This document shows positions 38,145-50,121 of a DNA stretch of 64,000 nucleotides, piece after piece. The notes under the pieces are model-generated. The model ran no database searches. It saw only the letters and a program-made list of their open reading frames with translations, and was not told the DNA's origin. The position numbers and the translations under genes were made by a program. Source of the stretch: Azolla caroliniana. Taxonomy: Eukaryota > Plantae > Polypodiophyta. The DNA is taken from assembly GCA_043228905.1 (NCBI GenBank), contig JBHGNT010000022.1:3658001-3722000 (forward strand), read 5' to 3'. Positions within the stretch are counted from its first letter, which is position 1; each line of letters begins with the position of its first letter.

Positions 38145-38966
38145 ATGTCTATTTCATATTTTACCAAGGCTACACATTGAAGGTTTCCTTTTCATATTTT
38201 GAAAGTATACAAAAACTTTATATACTCATGCGACATGAATGAATAAATAAATCTTTTCCAAACTTGTTGTAGAGGTTTCGTGTTTGTGTTGCCTTTTCCT
38301 AATTATCATTTTATCCTCAACATGTAGACGTGTTCTCTAATGATCATTTTGTATTAGAAGTTATCATTTTATCGTAAACAAGAATACCCAATGAAGAATG
38401 ATCGATTTGGACTAAAAGTTATGATTTTATCCTTAGGATATATACCCTTAACGTGTAGATGTATTCTCTAATCATCGTTTTGTATTAGAAATTATCATTT
38501 TATCGTAAAGAAGCATACCCAATCAAGAATTATCGATTTTCAGTAAAGGTTATGATTCTACCCTCAGGATATATACCCTTAACGTGGAGATGTATTATCA
38601 TTTTATCCTTATCGTGTAGATGTATTGTTTTGGTTTCCCAATTATGAATGATCCTTTTGGTTTCCTTTATTCAATTCGAAACTATCACTTTGTATATGAC
38701 AGAAACGAAATAATGACTGATCATTTTATATGAGAAGTTATCAATTTAATCTCAATTTTAGCTAATCTTGAAAGATATGTGTGGATTACAAGTTACTATT
38801 TTATTCTAAAGGTGTATAACCAATCGACAAAAATCTCGCCTTAATATGCAGCAACATACATATTTCTATTTTAAATTTTTCTTGTCGTTGTCAAGAAACT
38901 TTATGACTATTCGTATGGTGAAGGTTTTAGAGAGCTTGGGAAATACTAACGAAGACCAGTTCATTG

Positions 38967-39040
38967 TGGCCAATGAAGGTTTCAAACCTGCAACCGTCGC
39001 GCTATTAGCACGACGCGTTTACCAACTGAGCTAATTGGCC
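38967..39040 (-). pseudogene. tRNA-Ile(AAU) copy 24, same sequence as copy 23
   Basis: 896-bp period. Confidence 0.88.
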
Positions 39041-39862
39041 ATGTCTATTTCATATTTTACCAAGGCTACACATTGAAGGTTTCCTTTTCATATTTTGAAA
39101 GTATACAAAAACTTTATATACTCATGCGACATGAATGAATAAATAAATCTTTTCCAAACTTGTTGTAGAGGTTTCGTGTTTGTGTTGCCTTTTCCTAATT
39201 ATCATTTTATCCTCAACATGTAGACGTGTTCTCTAATGATCATTTTGTATTAGAAGTTATCATTTTATCGTAAACAAGAATACCCAATGAAGAATGATCG
39301 ATTTGGACTAAAAGTTATGATTTTATCCTTAGGATATATACCCTTAACGTGTAGATGTATTCTCTAATCATCGTTTTGTATTAGAAATTATCATTTTATC
39401 GTAAAGAAGCATACCCAATCAAGAATTATCGATTTTCAGTAAAGGTTATGATTCTACCCTCAGGATATATACCCTTAACGTGGAGATGTATTATCATTTT
39501 ATCCTTATCGTGTAGATGTATTGTTTTGGTTTCCCAATTATGAATGATCCTTTTGGTTTCCTTTATTCAATTCGAAACTATCACTTTGTATATGACAGAA
39601 ACGAAATAATGACTGATCATTTTATATGAGAAGTTATCAATTTAATCTCAATTTTAGCTAATCTTGAAAGATATGTGTGGATTACAAGTTACTATTTTAT
39701 TCTAAAGGTGTATAACCAATCGACAAAAATCTCGCCTTAATATGCAGCAACATACATATTTCTATTTTAAATTTTTCTTGTCGTTGTCAAGAAACTTTAT
39801 GACTATTCGTATGGTGAAGGTTTTAGAGAGCTTGGGAAATACTAACGAAGACCAGTTCATTG

Positions 39863-39936
39863 TGGCCAATGAAGGTTTCAAACCTGCAACCGTCGCGCTA
39901 TTAGCACGACGCGTTTACCAACTGAGCTAATTGGCC
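39863..39936 (-). pseudogene. tRNA-Ile(AAU) copy 25, same sequence as copy 23
   Basis: 896-bp period. Confidence 0.88.
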
Positions 39937-40758
39937 ATGTCTATTTCATATTTTACCAAGGCTACACATTGAAGGTTTCCTTTTCATATTTTGAAAGTAT
40001 ACAAAAACTTTATATACTCATGCGACATGAATGAATAAATAAATCTTTTCCAAACTTGTTGTAGAGGTTTCGTGTTTGTGTTGCCTTTTCCTAATTATCA
40101 TTTTATCCTCAACATGTAGACGTGTTCTCTAATGATCATTTTGTATTAGAAGTTATCATTTTATCGTAAACAAGAATACCCAATGAAGAATGATCGATTT
40201 GGACTAAAAGTTATGATTTTATCCTTAGGATATATACCCTTAACGTGTAGATGTATTCTCTAATCATCGTTTTGTATTAGAAATTATCATTTTATCGTAA
40301 AGAAGCATACCCAATCAAGAATGATCGATTTAGACTAAAGGTTATGATTCTACCCTCAGGATATATACCCTTAACGTGGAGATGTATTATCATTTTATCC
40401 TTATCGTGTAGATGTATTGTTTTGGTTTCCCAATTATGAATGATCCTTTTGGTTTCCTTTATTCAATTCGAAACTATCACTTTGTATATGACAGAAACGA
40501 AATAATGACTGATCATTTTATATGAGAAGTTATCAATTTAATCTCAATTTTAGCTAATCTTGAAAGATATGTGTGGATTACAAGTTACTATTTTATTCTA
40601 AAGGTGTATAACCAATCGACAAAAATCTCGCCTTAATATGCAGCAACATACATATTTCTATTTTAAATTTTTCTTGTCGTTGTCAAGAAACTTTATGACT
40701 ATTCGTATGGTGAAGGTTTTAGAGAGCTTGGGAAATACTAACGAAGACCAGTTCTTTG

Positions 40759-40832
40759 TGGCCAATGAAGGTTTCAAACCTGCAACCGTCGCGCTATTAG
40801 CACGACGCGTTTACCAACTGAGCTAATTGGCC
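40759..40832 (-). pseudogene. tRNA-Ile(AAU) copy 26, same sequence as copy 23
   Basis: 896-bp period. Confidence 0.88.
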
Positions 40833-41461
40833 ATGTCTATTTCATATTTTACCAAGGCTACACATTGAAGGTTTCCTTTTCATATTTTGAAAGTATACAA
40901 AAACTTTATATACTCATGCGACATGAATGAATAAATAAATCTTTTCCAAACTTGTTGTAGAGGTTTCGTGTTTGTGTTGCCTTTTCCTAATTATCATTTT
41001 ATCCTCAACATGTAGACGTGTTCTCTAATGATCATTTTGTATTAGAAGTTATCATTTTATCGTAAACAAGAATACCCAATGAAGAATGATCGATTTGGAC
41101 TAAAAGTTATGATTTTATCCTTAGGATATATACCCTTAACGTGTAGATGTATTCTCTAATCATCGTTTTGTATTAGAAATTATCATTTTATCGTAAAGAA
41201 GCATACCCAATCAAGAATGATCGATTTAGACTAAAGGTTATGATTCTACCCTCAGGATATGAGATGTATTATCATTTTATCCTGATCGTGTAGATGTATT
41301 GTTTTGGTTTCCCAATCATGAATGATCCATTTGGTTTCCTTTATTCAATTCGAAAATATCATGTGTTAAATTTTTCTTGTCGTTGTCAACAAATTTTATG
41401 GCTATTCGTATGGTGAAGGTGTTAGAGAGCTTGGGAAATACTAACGAACACCAGTTCATCG

Positions 41462-41535
41462 TGGGCAATGGAGGTTTCGAACCTACGACCTTTGCGTTAT
41501 TAGGACGACTCTCTAACCAATTGAGCTAATTCGCC
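41462..41535 (-). pseudogene. tRNA-Ile(AAU) copy 27, degenerate
   Basis: Mismatches in several stems. Confidence 0.85.
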
Positions 41536-42358
41536 ATGTCTATTTCAAGATTGCCAAGCCTATACATGAAAGGTTTGCTTTTCATATTTTGAAAGTATAG
41601 GAAAACTTTATATACTTGTGCGACATGAATGAATAAATAAATCTTTTCCAAACTTGTTGTAGAGGTTTTGTGTTTGTGTTGCCTTTTCCTAATTATCATT
41701 TTATCCTGAACGGGTAGATGTGTTCTCTAATGATCATTTTGTATTAGAAATTATCATTTTATCGTAAACAATCATACCCAATCAAGAATGATTGATTGGA
41801 ACTAAAAGTTATGATTTTATCCTTAGGATATATACCGAATTGTGAATGTTCACGACTTAATATGGCGAAGTAGGTTATGTTTTGGTTTTAATTTTTCTAT
41901 TTGAAGTAAGCCCAATCACGAAGGATGATTTTGATCTAGAAATGACCAATCTATATTCTCAAGAAATATGCCCAATCATGAATGAATATTTTTCTTTTCC
42001 AAGTTATTAATTTATTCTCAACATGTATACCCAATCATGAATGATCATTTTGGTTTCCTTTATGCAATTCGAGGTTATCAATTTGTATTCGAAGGAAATC
42101 AAATCATGAATGATAATTTTATATGAGAGGTTATAAATTTAATCTTAAGTTTAGCCAATATTGAAGGATATGTCTCGATTACAAGTTACATTTTTATCCT
42201 AAAGGTGTATAACTAAACGACAATAAGCTCGCCTTAATATGCGGTAACATACATACTCTTGTTTTAAAATTTTCTAGCCGTTGTCAACAAACTTTTTGGC
42301 TATTTGAATGGTGAAGTAGCTAGACAACTTGGGATGTAGTTACGAAGACCAGTTCATC

Positions 42359-45300
42359 AGATTTTCTGCCAAAACTTGGTGATAATTCTGTGAGGAACTT
42401 GATATGTGTGCCAGACTTTTGTAGCAGTCGGCTCTCGAGCAGTTTGAGCGGGTAGAATGTGGTTACCCAATCTAGTTGTGAATTGGAAGAGAGGGATGGG
42501 TTTGCTTCTTTGCCCCGTGGAAGGATCACGCCATGTCCATTGCCATGGGTCCAAACTGACCTTACGTAGCCATGTGTTTTCATGAGTACATATGTGCCAA
42601 TCGGGTTGTACTTTGATCAGATCAGGATCGACAATCCATTTATGACAACTATAAGTGAGTACTGGGATTGCGTTTTTCTGTGCGGCTCGCAATTCAGAGC
42701 CTTCGATTCTGTTTGGTGTTCCCCTACCTCTCGGGATCAAAGATCCCTCCTCTTCGTAGCCTATCCATTTCTCCATTGTCGTCGTTTGAGTAGCAGCTTC
42801 CCTAATCAGTAGAGCATTAATGATTTCCAATCTCATAGTCCATCCGCCCCTGATTCCATGGAGTATGTTTTCTTGATCTTGTAGTTGCAGTGACATAAAC
42901 CGTCTCCAACATTCTATACTTTTTCCTAGACCTTCTGCAATGTATCCCCATGACAATCCCTTACTTGATCCAAGTAGTTAATGAGATTCATCCTTGATAC
43001 ATGGGTTCCGTAGGATACGTGGACTTAGCCAGGCAGGTTCGGAACTCGGATGATCACACTTGAGCCCTCGTCTAATGCCACACCATGCCTTCCACATGGA
43101 TGCACTGAATCTATCCTCGAATTGGCGGGAGAAACTAGGTTTCAGATCCATGTTTAGAATCCATCCCGTTTGGGGGGCCCAATTGACCCCTTTTCGTGGC
43201 TTGAAGTAAGTGAAACGTAATCGCAGTAGCATTTTCCAACAGTCATTTCCTGGTTGGAGTCCTCGCACCACAAATTTGGCAAGTAAGGCTTTTGATTGTG
43301 AGAGGGGATCAATAAGACCCAATCCCCCTCTCGATTTAGGAGTTGTGAGTATAGGCCACGCCACCTTACCAGACCAAATGTAGTTGCATACCAATCATTC
43401 AATCTGATGTATACTTTCCTTGGAGATTGTCCAACATGATAGATTGTACCATGTTGTTACGAGTAGTACCTGGTTTGCCACTATGATTTGACCCGCTAGC
43501 AACAGTTTTTTCAAACTCCAATGTATCAACTTTTGTCGAATGGAATGAATAATGGGTGTAATCATAGTGGTCGGCAGTATGTTGAAACCAATTTGGAAAC
43601 CAAAATATTTGGTGCTCGCTCCTTGAGTGATCCATTTTAAAGTGGGATGTGGGTGCCAAGTAGGATGTGTTTCATGAGAAAGCCATATTGCACATGATTT
43701 GTGCCAATTGATCATGGCATTGGATCTCTTGCAGAATATGGATAACCCACTTTCTCGCTTTTGTAGGTTTTCCAAGTCCCCTTGCAGGTAGACCGTTGTG
43801 TCATCTACAAATTCTATATCGAGGATGCTTTGGTGAGAATGAGGCACGGGAAGACCACGTAGGTTGAGATGCTGCGAGTTGAGAAAGCAAGAGAGTGCTT
43901 TAGCGTCTAGAAGAAATAAGGATGGAGCTAGTGGGCAACCCTGTCGTACAGATCGGGATATTCGGAAAAAGGGGCCCCGTTCACCTGCTAGTGAAACGTA
44001 GTTGTTGTCGTTCCTATAAAGTTTTGCAATGCCTTTGACCCATGTCTATTGAAAGACGAGTTTCCCCATCACACTTTCTAGAAAGTTTCAGCATACCCTG
44101 TCATATGCTTTCTCAAAATCTAGTAGCACCACCGCTACCTTGTTGTTGGTACACTTGGCAAGGGCGACTACTTCCCAGAATGAGAAGAGGTTATCTAGGA
44201 TTCTCTTGATTTCTAATGAAACCTATCTTGGATGGATGAATGAGTTGAGGGAGAAGTGGTGTTAAACGGCGTGCCACGATTTCTGCGAGAAACTTATAGA
44301 CATTATTGAGAAGAGTTATGGGTCATCACTTGCTAATGTCATTGGCACTCCCACCACTTTTAGGAATGAGATGTATCATCCCCTATCCAAATTCCTTTGG
44401 CATGTTTCCAGAGGTGATGATCTCCTCATTTTCCTGGAGGAGGTCTTCTTTCGTACTGTCCCAAAGGCATGTGAAAAAGTGAGGGGTGAGGTCGTCGATT
44501 CCGGGGCAAATATTTGCATCCAAATTAGAGAGGGCCTCCCATATCTCGATGATTGATAGGGGCCGCACGAGCCATGTATTCATTTCCTTCGTGACTTTCG
44601 CGGGTATGCTTTGGAGGATAATAACTTTTCTTATGTCTTCCCCTGTGGCCATAGTATCTTCGGTAAGTAGGCGCTTATAGTAACTTGTGGCAATATTCCT
44701 CATTTCGTCGCCATCCTAAGTGGTCGTTCCATCCTCTCAGTTGAGGCTGTGCATCATTGTGCTAGCGTGTCTCGGGTCATTGGAGCGGAATAATTCCTTC
44801 GTGGTTTTGTCCCCTACTTGAAACGAGCGCGCCATCCTTCCATGAAATTCCATATCATATATTTCCTTTTCCACCATGTTGAGTTCATGTTTGGCCATGG
44901 CAACTTGTCCTGCGATCCAGCTACATGACGGGTATCTCTGTTGGAGTCATTGTAAGGCTATTAGTCCCTGTTTTGTCCTCAGTCACTTTTCCTGAGCATC
45001 CTGGCTTCTGCTCTTGACAATCTCATGTAGGAGAGTTGAAGCTCTTGTTAATTTAGCTAGAAGTTTGTCAGATGTTGATGAGTCATTGAAGGGTAATGAC
45101 CATTGGTTGGAGATTTGTTCCTTCACCTCTATAATTGTGTAAATAGTGTGTGGGATGTGAAGCTGGAATGGCTAACCGACGACCGGGTAATGATCAGAGA
45201 AAGTCTTGCCTAGAGTTATGCTACACCACCCTCCCTTCACTTCGAGAGCCTCGCCCACATAAATGCGGTCAATGCGAGATAGATTGGGTCCGCTATTCTG

Positions 45301-46141
45301 TCCGTCTGATCGGGAGAATAAAAGAGAGTCGGTTTTTTGTTGGAAGTTGTCAGAATGCCAGATGTCTCACAAGTTAAGGTGTACACATTGTTAGGAAACA
45401 AGTCCCTCCGGATGGGAAGTGAGAAGAACTGTGTTGATGGCCGAAACCGGAAATCGTGGAGATAGCCAACACGAAAGGCTAAACTTGTAAATAGTCGAAA
45501 GGTTACATTAGTATATAAGTACTTAGGGCAATCATGTTAGATATGTGCGTTATTGTAAAGTTACTGTTGATGAGGTTGTTGCCTTCGTAACTGTGAGAGT
45601 GAATGAGTGTGAGTGGAAGCGTGTGAGCTCCATAGCCGCCTGTTGGCGAAGCAGGATCTTGAGGTCAATGCCTCTGAGATCTCTGATTGTATTCCTTTCT
45701 CTCATAGTATTCTATTTCGGAGTTTGTGGACTCCACGTGGTTTTTTCCTAGTTCGGGTTTCCACGTTAAAATCTGTGTCATTCTCAGTTTCTGTATTCTG
45801 TTTTTCCCTTCCATTAGATTGACTATTATTCCACACACGTACAACCAGTTCTAGCCGGCAACGATTTTAACTTCACACATATCTTCTCCCATTGTTTACG
45901 TTCCCTTCCTTGTAGAACTATGGGGTTGTTGTTAGCGCTATCATGAATGGATTCGATCATATTAAAATTCCCTCGAATGGACCACTCATCCACATCTGCT
46001 ACTTGTAAGCGGATGCGTTCCCACAATGTTGCCCTTTCTGTTTTGTTATTTGGAGCATAAACATTGATGAAACACTAGCATTGCCCTTGGATGGCCAACA
46101 TGCAAAAATGTGCCCTACCAGGTATAAGTGATTCCTCTTGC
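42359..46141 (-). mobile_element. Degenerate L1/Tx1-type LINE (endonuclease remnant plus RT), truncated at both ends
   Basis: WSIRGNFNMIE (endonuclease-like); CPGIDDLTPHFF; LDFEKAYDR near 44100; RQGCPLAP near 43930; EFVDD; KSRGGLGLIDP. Related to the LINE at 21821-24637. Confidence 0.92.
45389..45875. mobile_element. Solo LTR inside the LINE
   Basis: TG...CA termini; TSD CACAT (45384-45388 / 45876-45880); TATA-like TATATAA near 45512. Confidence 0.88.
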
Positions 46142-46376
46142 GAGAAGTCATAAATTGAATCTCAAATTTAACCGATCTTGAAGGTAAACTCTGGATAACA
46201 TGTTACAATTTTATCATACATGAGTATAAACAATCACCAATAATATTGCCTTAATATGCCGAAGCATACATACTTTTGTTTTAAATTTTTATAATCGTTG
46301 TCAACAAACTTTATGACTATTCGAATGGTGAAGTCGATAGAGAGCTTGGGAAGTACTGACGAAGACCAGTTCATTT

Positions 46377-46450
46377 TGGCCAATGGAGGTTTCGAACATA
46401 CAACATTTGCGTTATTAGCACGACGCTCTAACCAACTGAGCTAATTGGCC
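46377..46450 (-). pseudogene. tRNA-Ile(AAU) copy 28, T and variable arms degenerate
   Basis: 5' half matches consensus; T-stem reads GTATG. Confidence 0.85.
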
Positions 46451-46828
46451 ATGTCGATTTTATATATTGCCAAGCCTACACATACAATGTTTCCTTTTCA
46501 CATTTTGAAACTACACGAAAACATTTTATACTCATGTGACATGAATGAATAAATAAATCTTTTCCAAACTTGTCGTAGAGGTTTCCTATTCCGAATTATC
46601 ATTTTATCCTCTGTTGAGAGTCGAACTCAACTTCCCATAGAGATAGGTTTCACACTAGCTCATGGACACACTAGGCTAGTTCTGTAAATAGTTGAAAGGG
46701 CACTTGCCCTTTAAACCAACGCATTGTAACTTAGTTGTTGTTGGAAGTAATATACAGTTTCTTGTTCGATCTCTCTCTCTGTTGATTCTTTACATGGTGT
46801 CATGAAGACATACATTTTGGCCTTACAA

Positions 46829-46883
46829 GGATTCGACCCCAAAACATCTTGGTCTATATGTTAGACCTTTAACCATTATAATA
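46829..46883 (-). promoter_or_regulatory. tRNA-like A-box/B-box cassette in LTR of element A
   Basis: Minus strand TATTATAATGG-N33-GGGTCGAATCC, with hairpin GGTCT-AACATAT-AGACC between the boxes. Confidence 0.55.
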
Positions 46884-47042
46884 ACATATATGATGTATAG
46901 TTATAATAAATGTATTATTAGTTATTACAAGATATTTAGAGTATTCTAGAACATTCTAAAGTATTCCGGAACATTTAAAAAGTATTCTAGAACATTCTAG
47001 GATATTCCATGATTATATTAAATATCATAAAAATCTAAAATA

Positions 47043-47060
47043 TTCTAGAACATTCTAGAA
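47043..47060 (+). promoter_or_regulatory. Perfect heat-shock element 15 bp upstream of the LTR TATA box (47076)
   Basis: TTCtaGAAcaTTCtaGAA; further copies near 46944 and 46985 and in the 3' LTR. Confidence 0.7.
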
Positions 47061-49790
47061 TACTCCATAAGGACCTATAAATAGGTGTCTATTCATTCAT
47101 CACAACTCATTTGGTTCAACACCAGTTTGTAGCCCCTTAGCCTACTCTTTGTAATCCTTGCTCTCTTATAATATAAACTTTATTTCCATTTCTAGTGTTC
47201 TCTCTCTCTCTCTCTCTATACCTTCTATTGTAATCTTATCTTTCTCTCTCCTATTCTCAAGTCTCAACAGTTTGAACTCAATATCTCTCTTTTCTTCTTC
47301 TCCAACTTCTTCTTCTTATCTTAACCTTATTCAAGAAAATCTAACAATTTTCTCTCGCAACTATGGAGTTCGTCAACAAGCAAGAATATATGCGTGTTCT
47401 CTCTGAGCTCGACATGCTAACAACCAAATTCGTGGCACTGGAGCATGAAAATCAAAGATTGCTGGGAGACCTACAACAAGTAAGTCTTGAGAAAGTATAG
47501 CAATATGAAGAATTATCTCAACGGGTGCATGGAGACTACTCTATTGCAACGACAAGCGGCCGAAGTTCAAACCTCGCTGAAGGAACCCAAGATTAGTCTG
47601 CCGACCAAGTTTGATGGTACAAGGTCTCAATTTCGTGGATTTTTAAATCAGGTACGGCTTGTGATTAAATTGCATCCTAGCCATTACCCAACTAATGTTG
47701 CTCGTGTGGGACTAGTTGGTACCTTGTTAACGGGTACCGTATTAGCATGGTTTGCACCACTCCTAGAGAAGCACTCACCATTATTAGAAGATTTTGAAGG
47801 GTTTAATAATGATTTCCAAGCCAACTTTGGAGACATTGATAGTATGAGCACCGCAATAAACAAAATTCGACAATTATGACAAGGAGATCGTCCTGCTTCC
47901 GCTTATGCAACAGATTTTTACCTTCTAGCATGTGATATTCCATGGGACAAGGCATCATTAATGGACCAATTTCATCAAGGTCTGCGTAATGATGTGAAGG
48001 ATTTACTTCTTACCTTCCATGATGATCCAAAATCTCTTACTAAAGCAGTAAGCCAAGCCGTGCGATGTGACAATAGCTTATTTGAGGGACGTTCTGAGCA
48101 CCAACAAATGTTATGCTTCCGAGCAACAGAAACACATGCTTCGGTGGTCGCAACTCCACCCCAAGTATCAAATTCAAGTGTGGTGGAAGACCCTACTCCA
48201 ATGGAAATCGAGACAACACAAAGTTGAGCTTAACACATCTAGGTGCCATCGATTCCCAGCTTCTGCCCTCTTAGACTCTGGAGCCAACTCTTGTTTCATG
48301 GATCGTGAGTTTGTGGTAATGCATAATATTCAGTTGCAGAAGCTCCCAAGCCCAGTGTCTATTGGAGTAATTGATGGACACCCCATAGCATCAGGTGATA
48401 TAGTTGAAGAGTCTGAACCATTTCGTGTAGTCCTCGGCAATTTGGCTAGTGTCATCTCATTCAACATCATTAGTAGTCCAGAGCACTCCCTAGTTCTTGG
48501 TCTTCCATGGTCTGAGCTACATAACCCAACTATTGATTGGAGAAAAAGAACCATTGAAGAGGTCACAATAGAGTCCGAGTCTCTTAAAACTCCAACAAAG
48601 GATATGACATTCCAAAAGATTTCGACAAAAATTATGTGAGGAAGGACGGAAGGAAGCCATGTTGGTGTTCGCAGTTTTAGCAACTCCCACATCGAGCTCA
48701 CAAGAATCGGGGGTCCAACTACCGAAGAAATATATAGAATTCTCCGATGTGTTTGATAAGGTGAAGGCCAATAGACTACCAGAGCATTGACCATATGATT
48801 GCCCAATTGATTTGCAGCCCGGAAAAGAGCCTCCATGGGGGCCAATTTATAACCTTTCGCCCACGGAGTTAGAGGTTCTTCGGGAATATATCGATGAGAA
48901 CTTGGCAAATGGGTTTATTTGGCATTCAAGATCTCCTGCCGGCGCACCCATATTTTTCGTTAAGAAAAAAGATTGTTCGCTTCGTCTGGTCGTGGATTAT
49001 TATGGATTGAATAAAGTAACTATTCGAAACCGATATTCGCTACCATTGATTTTGAGCCTTTTGGAATGCCCCAGTGGAGCTAAGTATTTCAAAATGTTAG
49101 ATCTTAGAGGTGCTTACAATCTTGTTCGAATTTGTCCTGGGGATGAATGGAAGACTACTTTCCGTACTCGCTATGGCCATTTTGAGTATACAGTGATTCC
49201 ATTTGGTCTCACGAATGCACCAACAATTTTCCAATATATGGAGAATGACATTTTTCGAGATTTCCTCGATATTTTCGTCATAATTTACCTGGATGATATC
49301 TTAATCTACTCAAAAACTCAAGAGGATCATGATATACACGTTCGACAAGCTTTTGCAACGGTTGCATGAAGTATTCTAGAACATTCTAGCATATTCCATG
49401 ATTATATTAAATATCATAACTATCTAAAATATTCTAGAACATTCTAGAATACTCCATAAGGACCTTTAAATAGGTGTCTATTCATTAATCACAACTCATT
49501 TGGTTCAACAGCAGTTTGTATTACAAGATATTTAGAGTATTCTAGAACATTCTAGAGTATTCCAAAACCTGCTAAAGTATTCTAGAACATTCTAGCATAT
49601 TCCATGATTATATTAAATATCATAACTATCTAAAATATTTTAGAACATTCTAGATACTCCATAAGGACCTATAAATAGGTGTCTATTCATTTATCACAAC
49701 TCATTCGGTTCAACAACTGTTTGTAGCCCTTTAGCCTACTCTTTGTAACCCTTGCTCTCTTATAATATAAACTCTCTTTCCATTTCTAGT

Positions 49791-49837
<47 letters not shown>

Positions 49838-50121
49838 CTTATATTACTTTCGATGAATGGGTGAATATCACATTTTTTTGTAAACCAATTTTGGCCTTAG
49901 AAGACGTTAATATATCTTTCTTTCTTCTTTCTTTCTCTCTCTCTCTCTATACCTTCTATTATAATCTTGTCTTTCTCTCTCGTATTCTCAAGACTCGACA
50001 CATGGTATCAAAGCATGTGGTTATCTGATCAAACTTGCTCAACTGTGTTGTGATCACAACACCGACGATCATCAGAACAAGTTGAAGCAACAGAGAAGAA
50101 ATCGAAATCATTAACACTCAG

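Larger units (their letters stand above)
1..46611 (-). repeat. Tandem tRNA-Ile(AAU) gene array (tDNA satellite): 28 copies in 624-982 bp units, interrupted by TEs
   Basis: The reverse complement of the recurring motif is GGCCAATTAGCTCAGTTGGTTAGAGCGTCGTGCTAATAACGCGAAGGTCGCAGGTTCGAAACCTCCATTGGCCA, a 74-nt cloverleaf with anticodon AAT, set in a homologous AT-rich spacer. Array blocks: 1-10652, 26423-33484, 36836-42358, 46142-46611. Confidence 0.97.
46798..50000 (+). mobile_element. Tcn1/sushi-like Gypsy element A, internally deleted (no RNase H or integrase)
   Basis: TSD CATGG (46793-46797 / 50001-50005); 5' LTR 46798-47269; rearranged 3' LTR about 49369-50000; gag PTKFDGTRSQFRGFL; protease LLDSGA; RT YLDD. 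Confidence 0.92.

Noticed and set aside
4286-40826. Family of repeated 62-aa ORFs (MRQHTYFCFKF...LARRSNQLS) and 74-86 aa ORFs
   Set aside because: They are antisense read-through of the tRNA and its trailer, or spacer translations. Many units break them by frameshift or stop, and no domain is recognisable.
1-46611. CRISPR-like regular repeat pattern
   Set aside because: The spacers are homologous to one another and 0.55-0.9 kb long, the repeat is a tRNA, there are no cas genes, and the context is eukaryotic.
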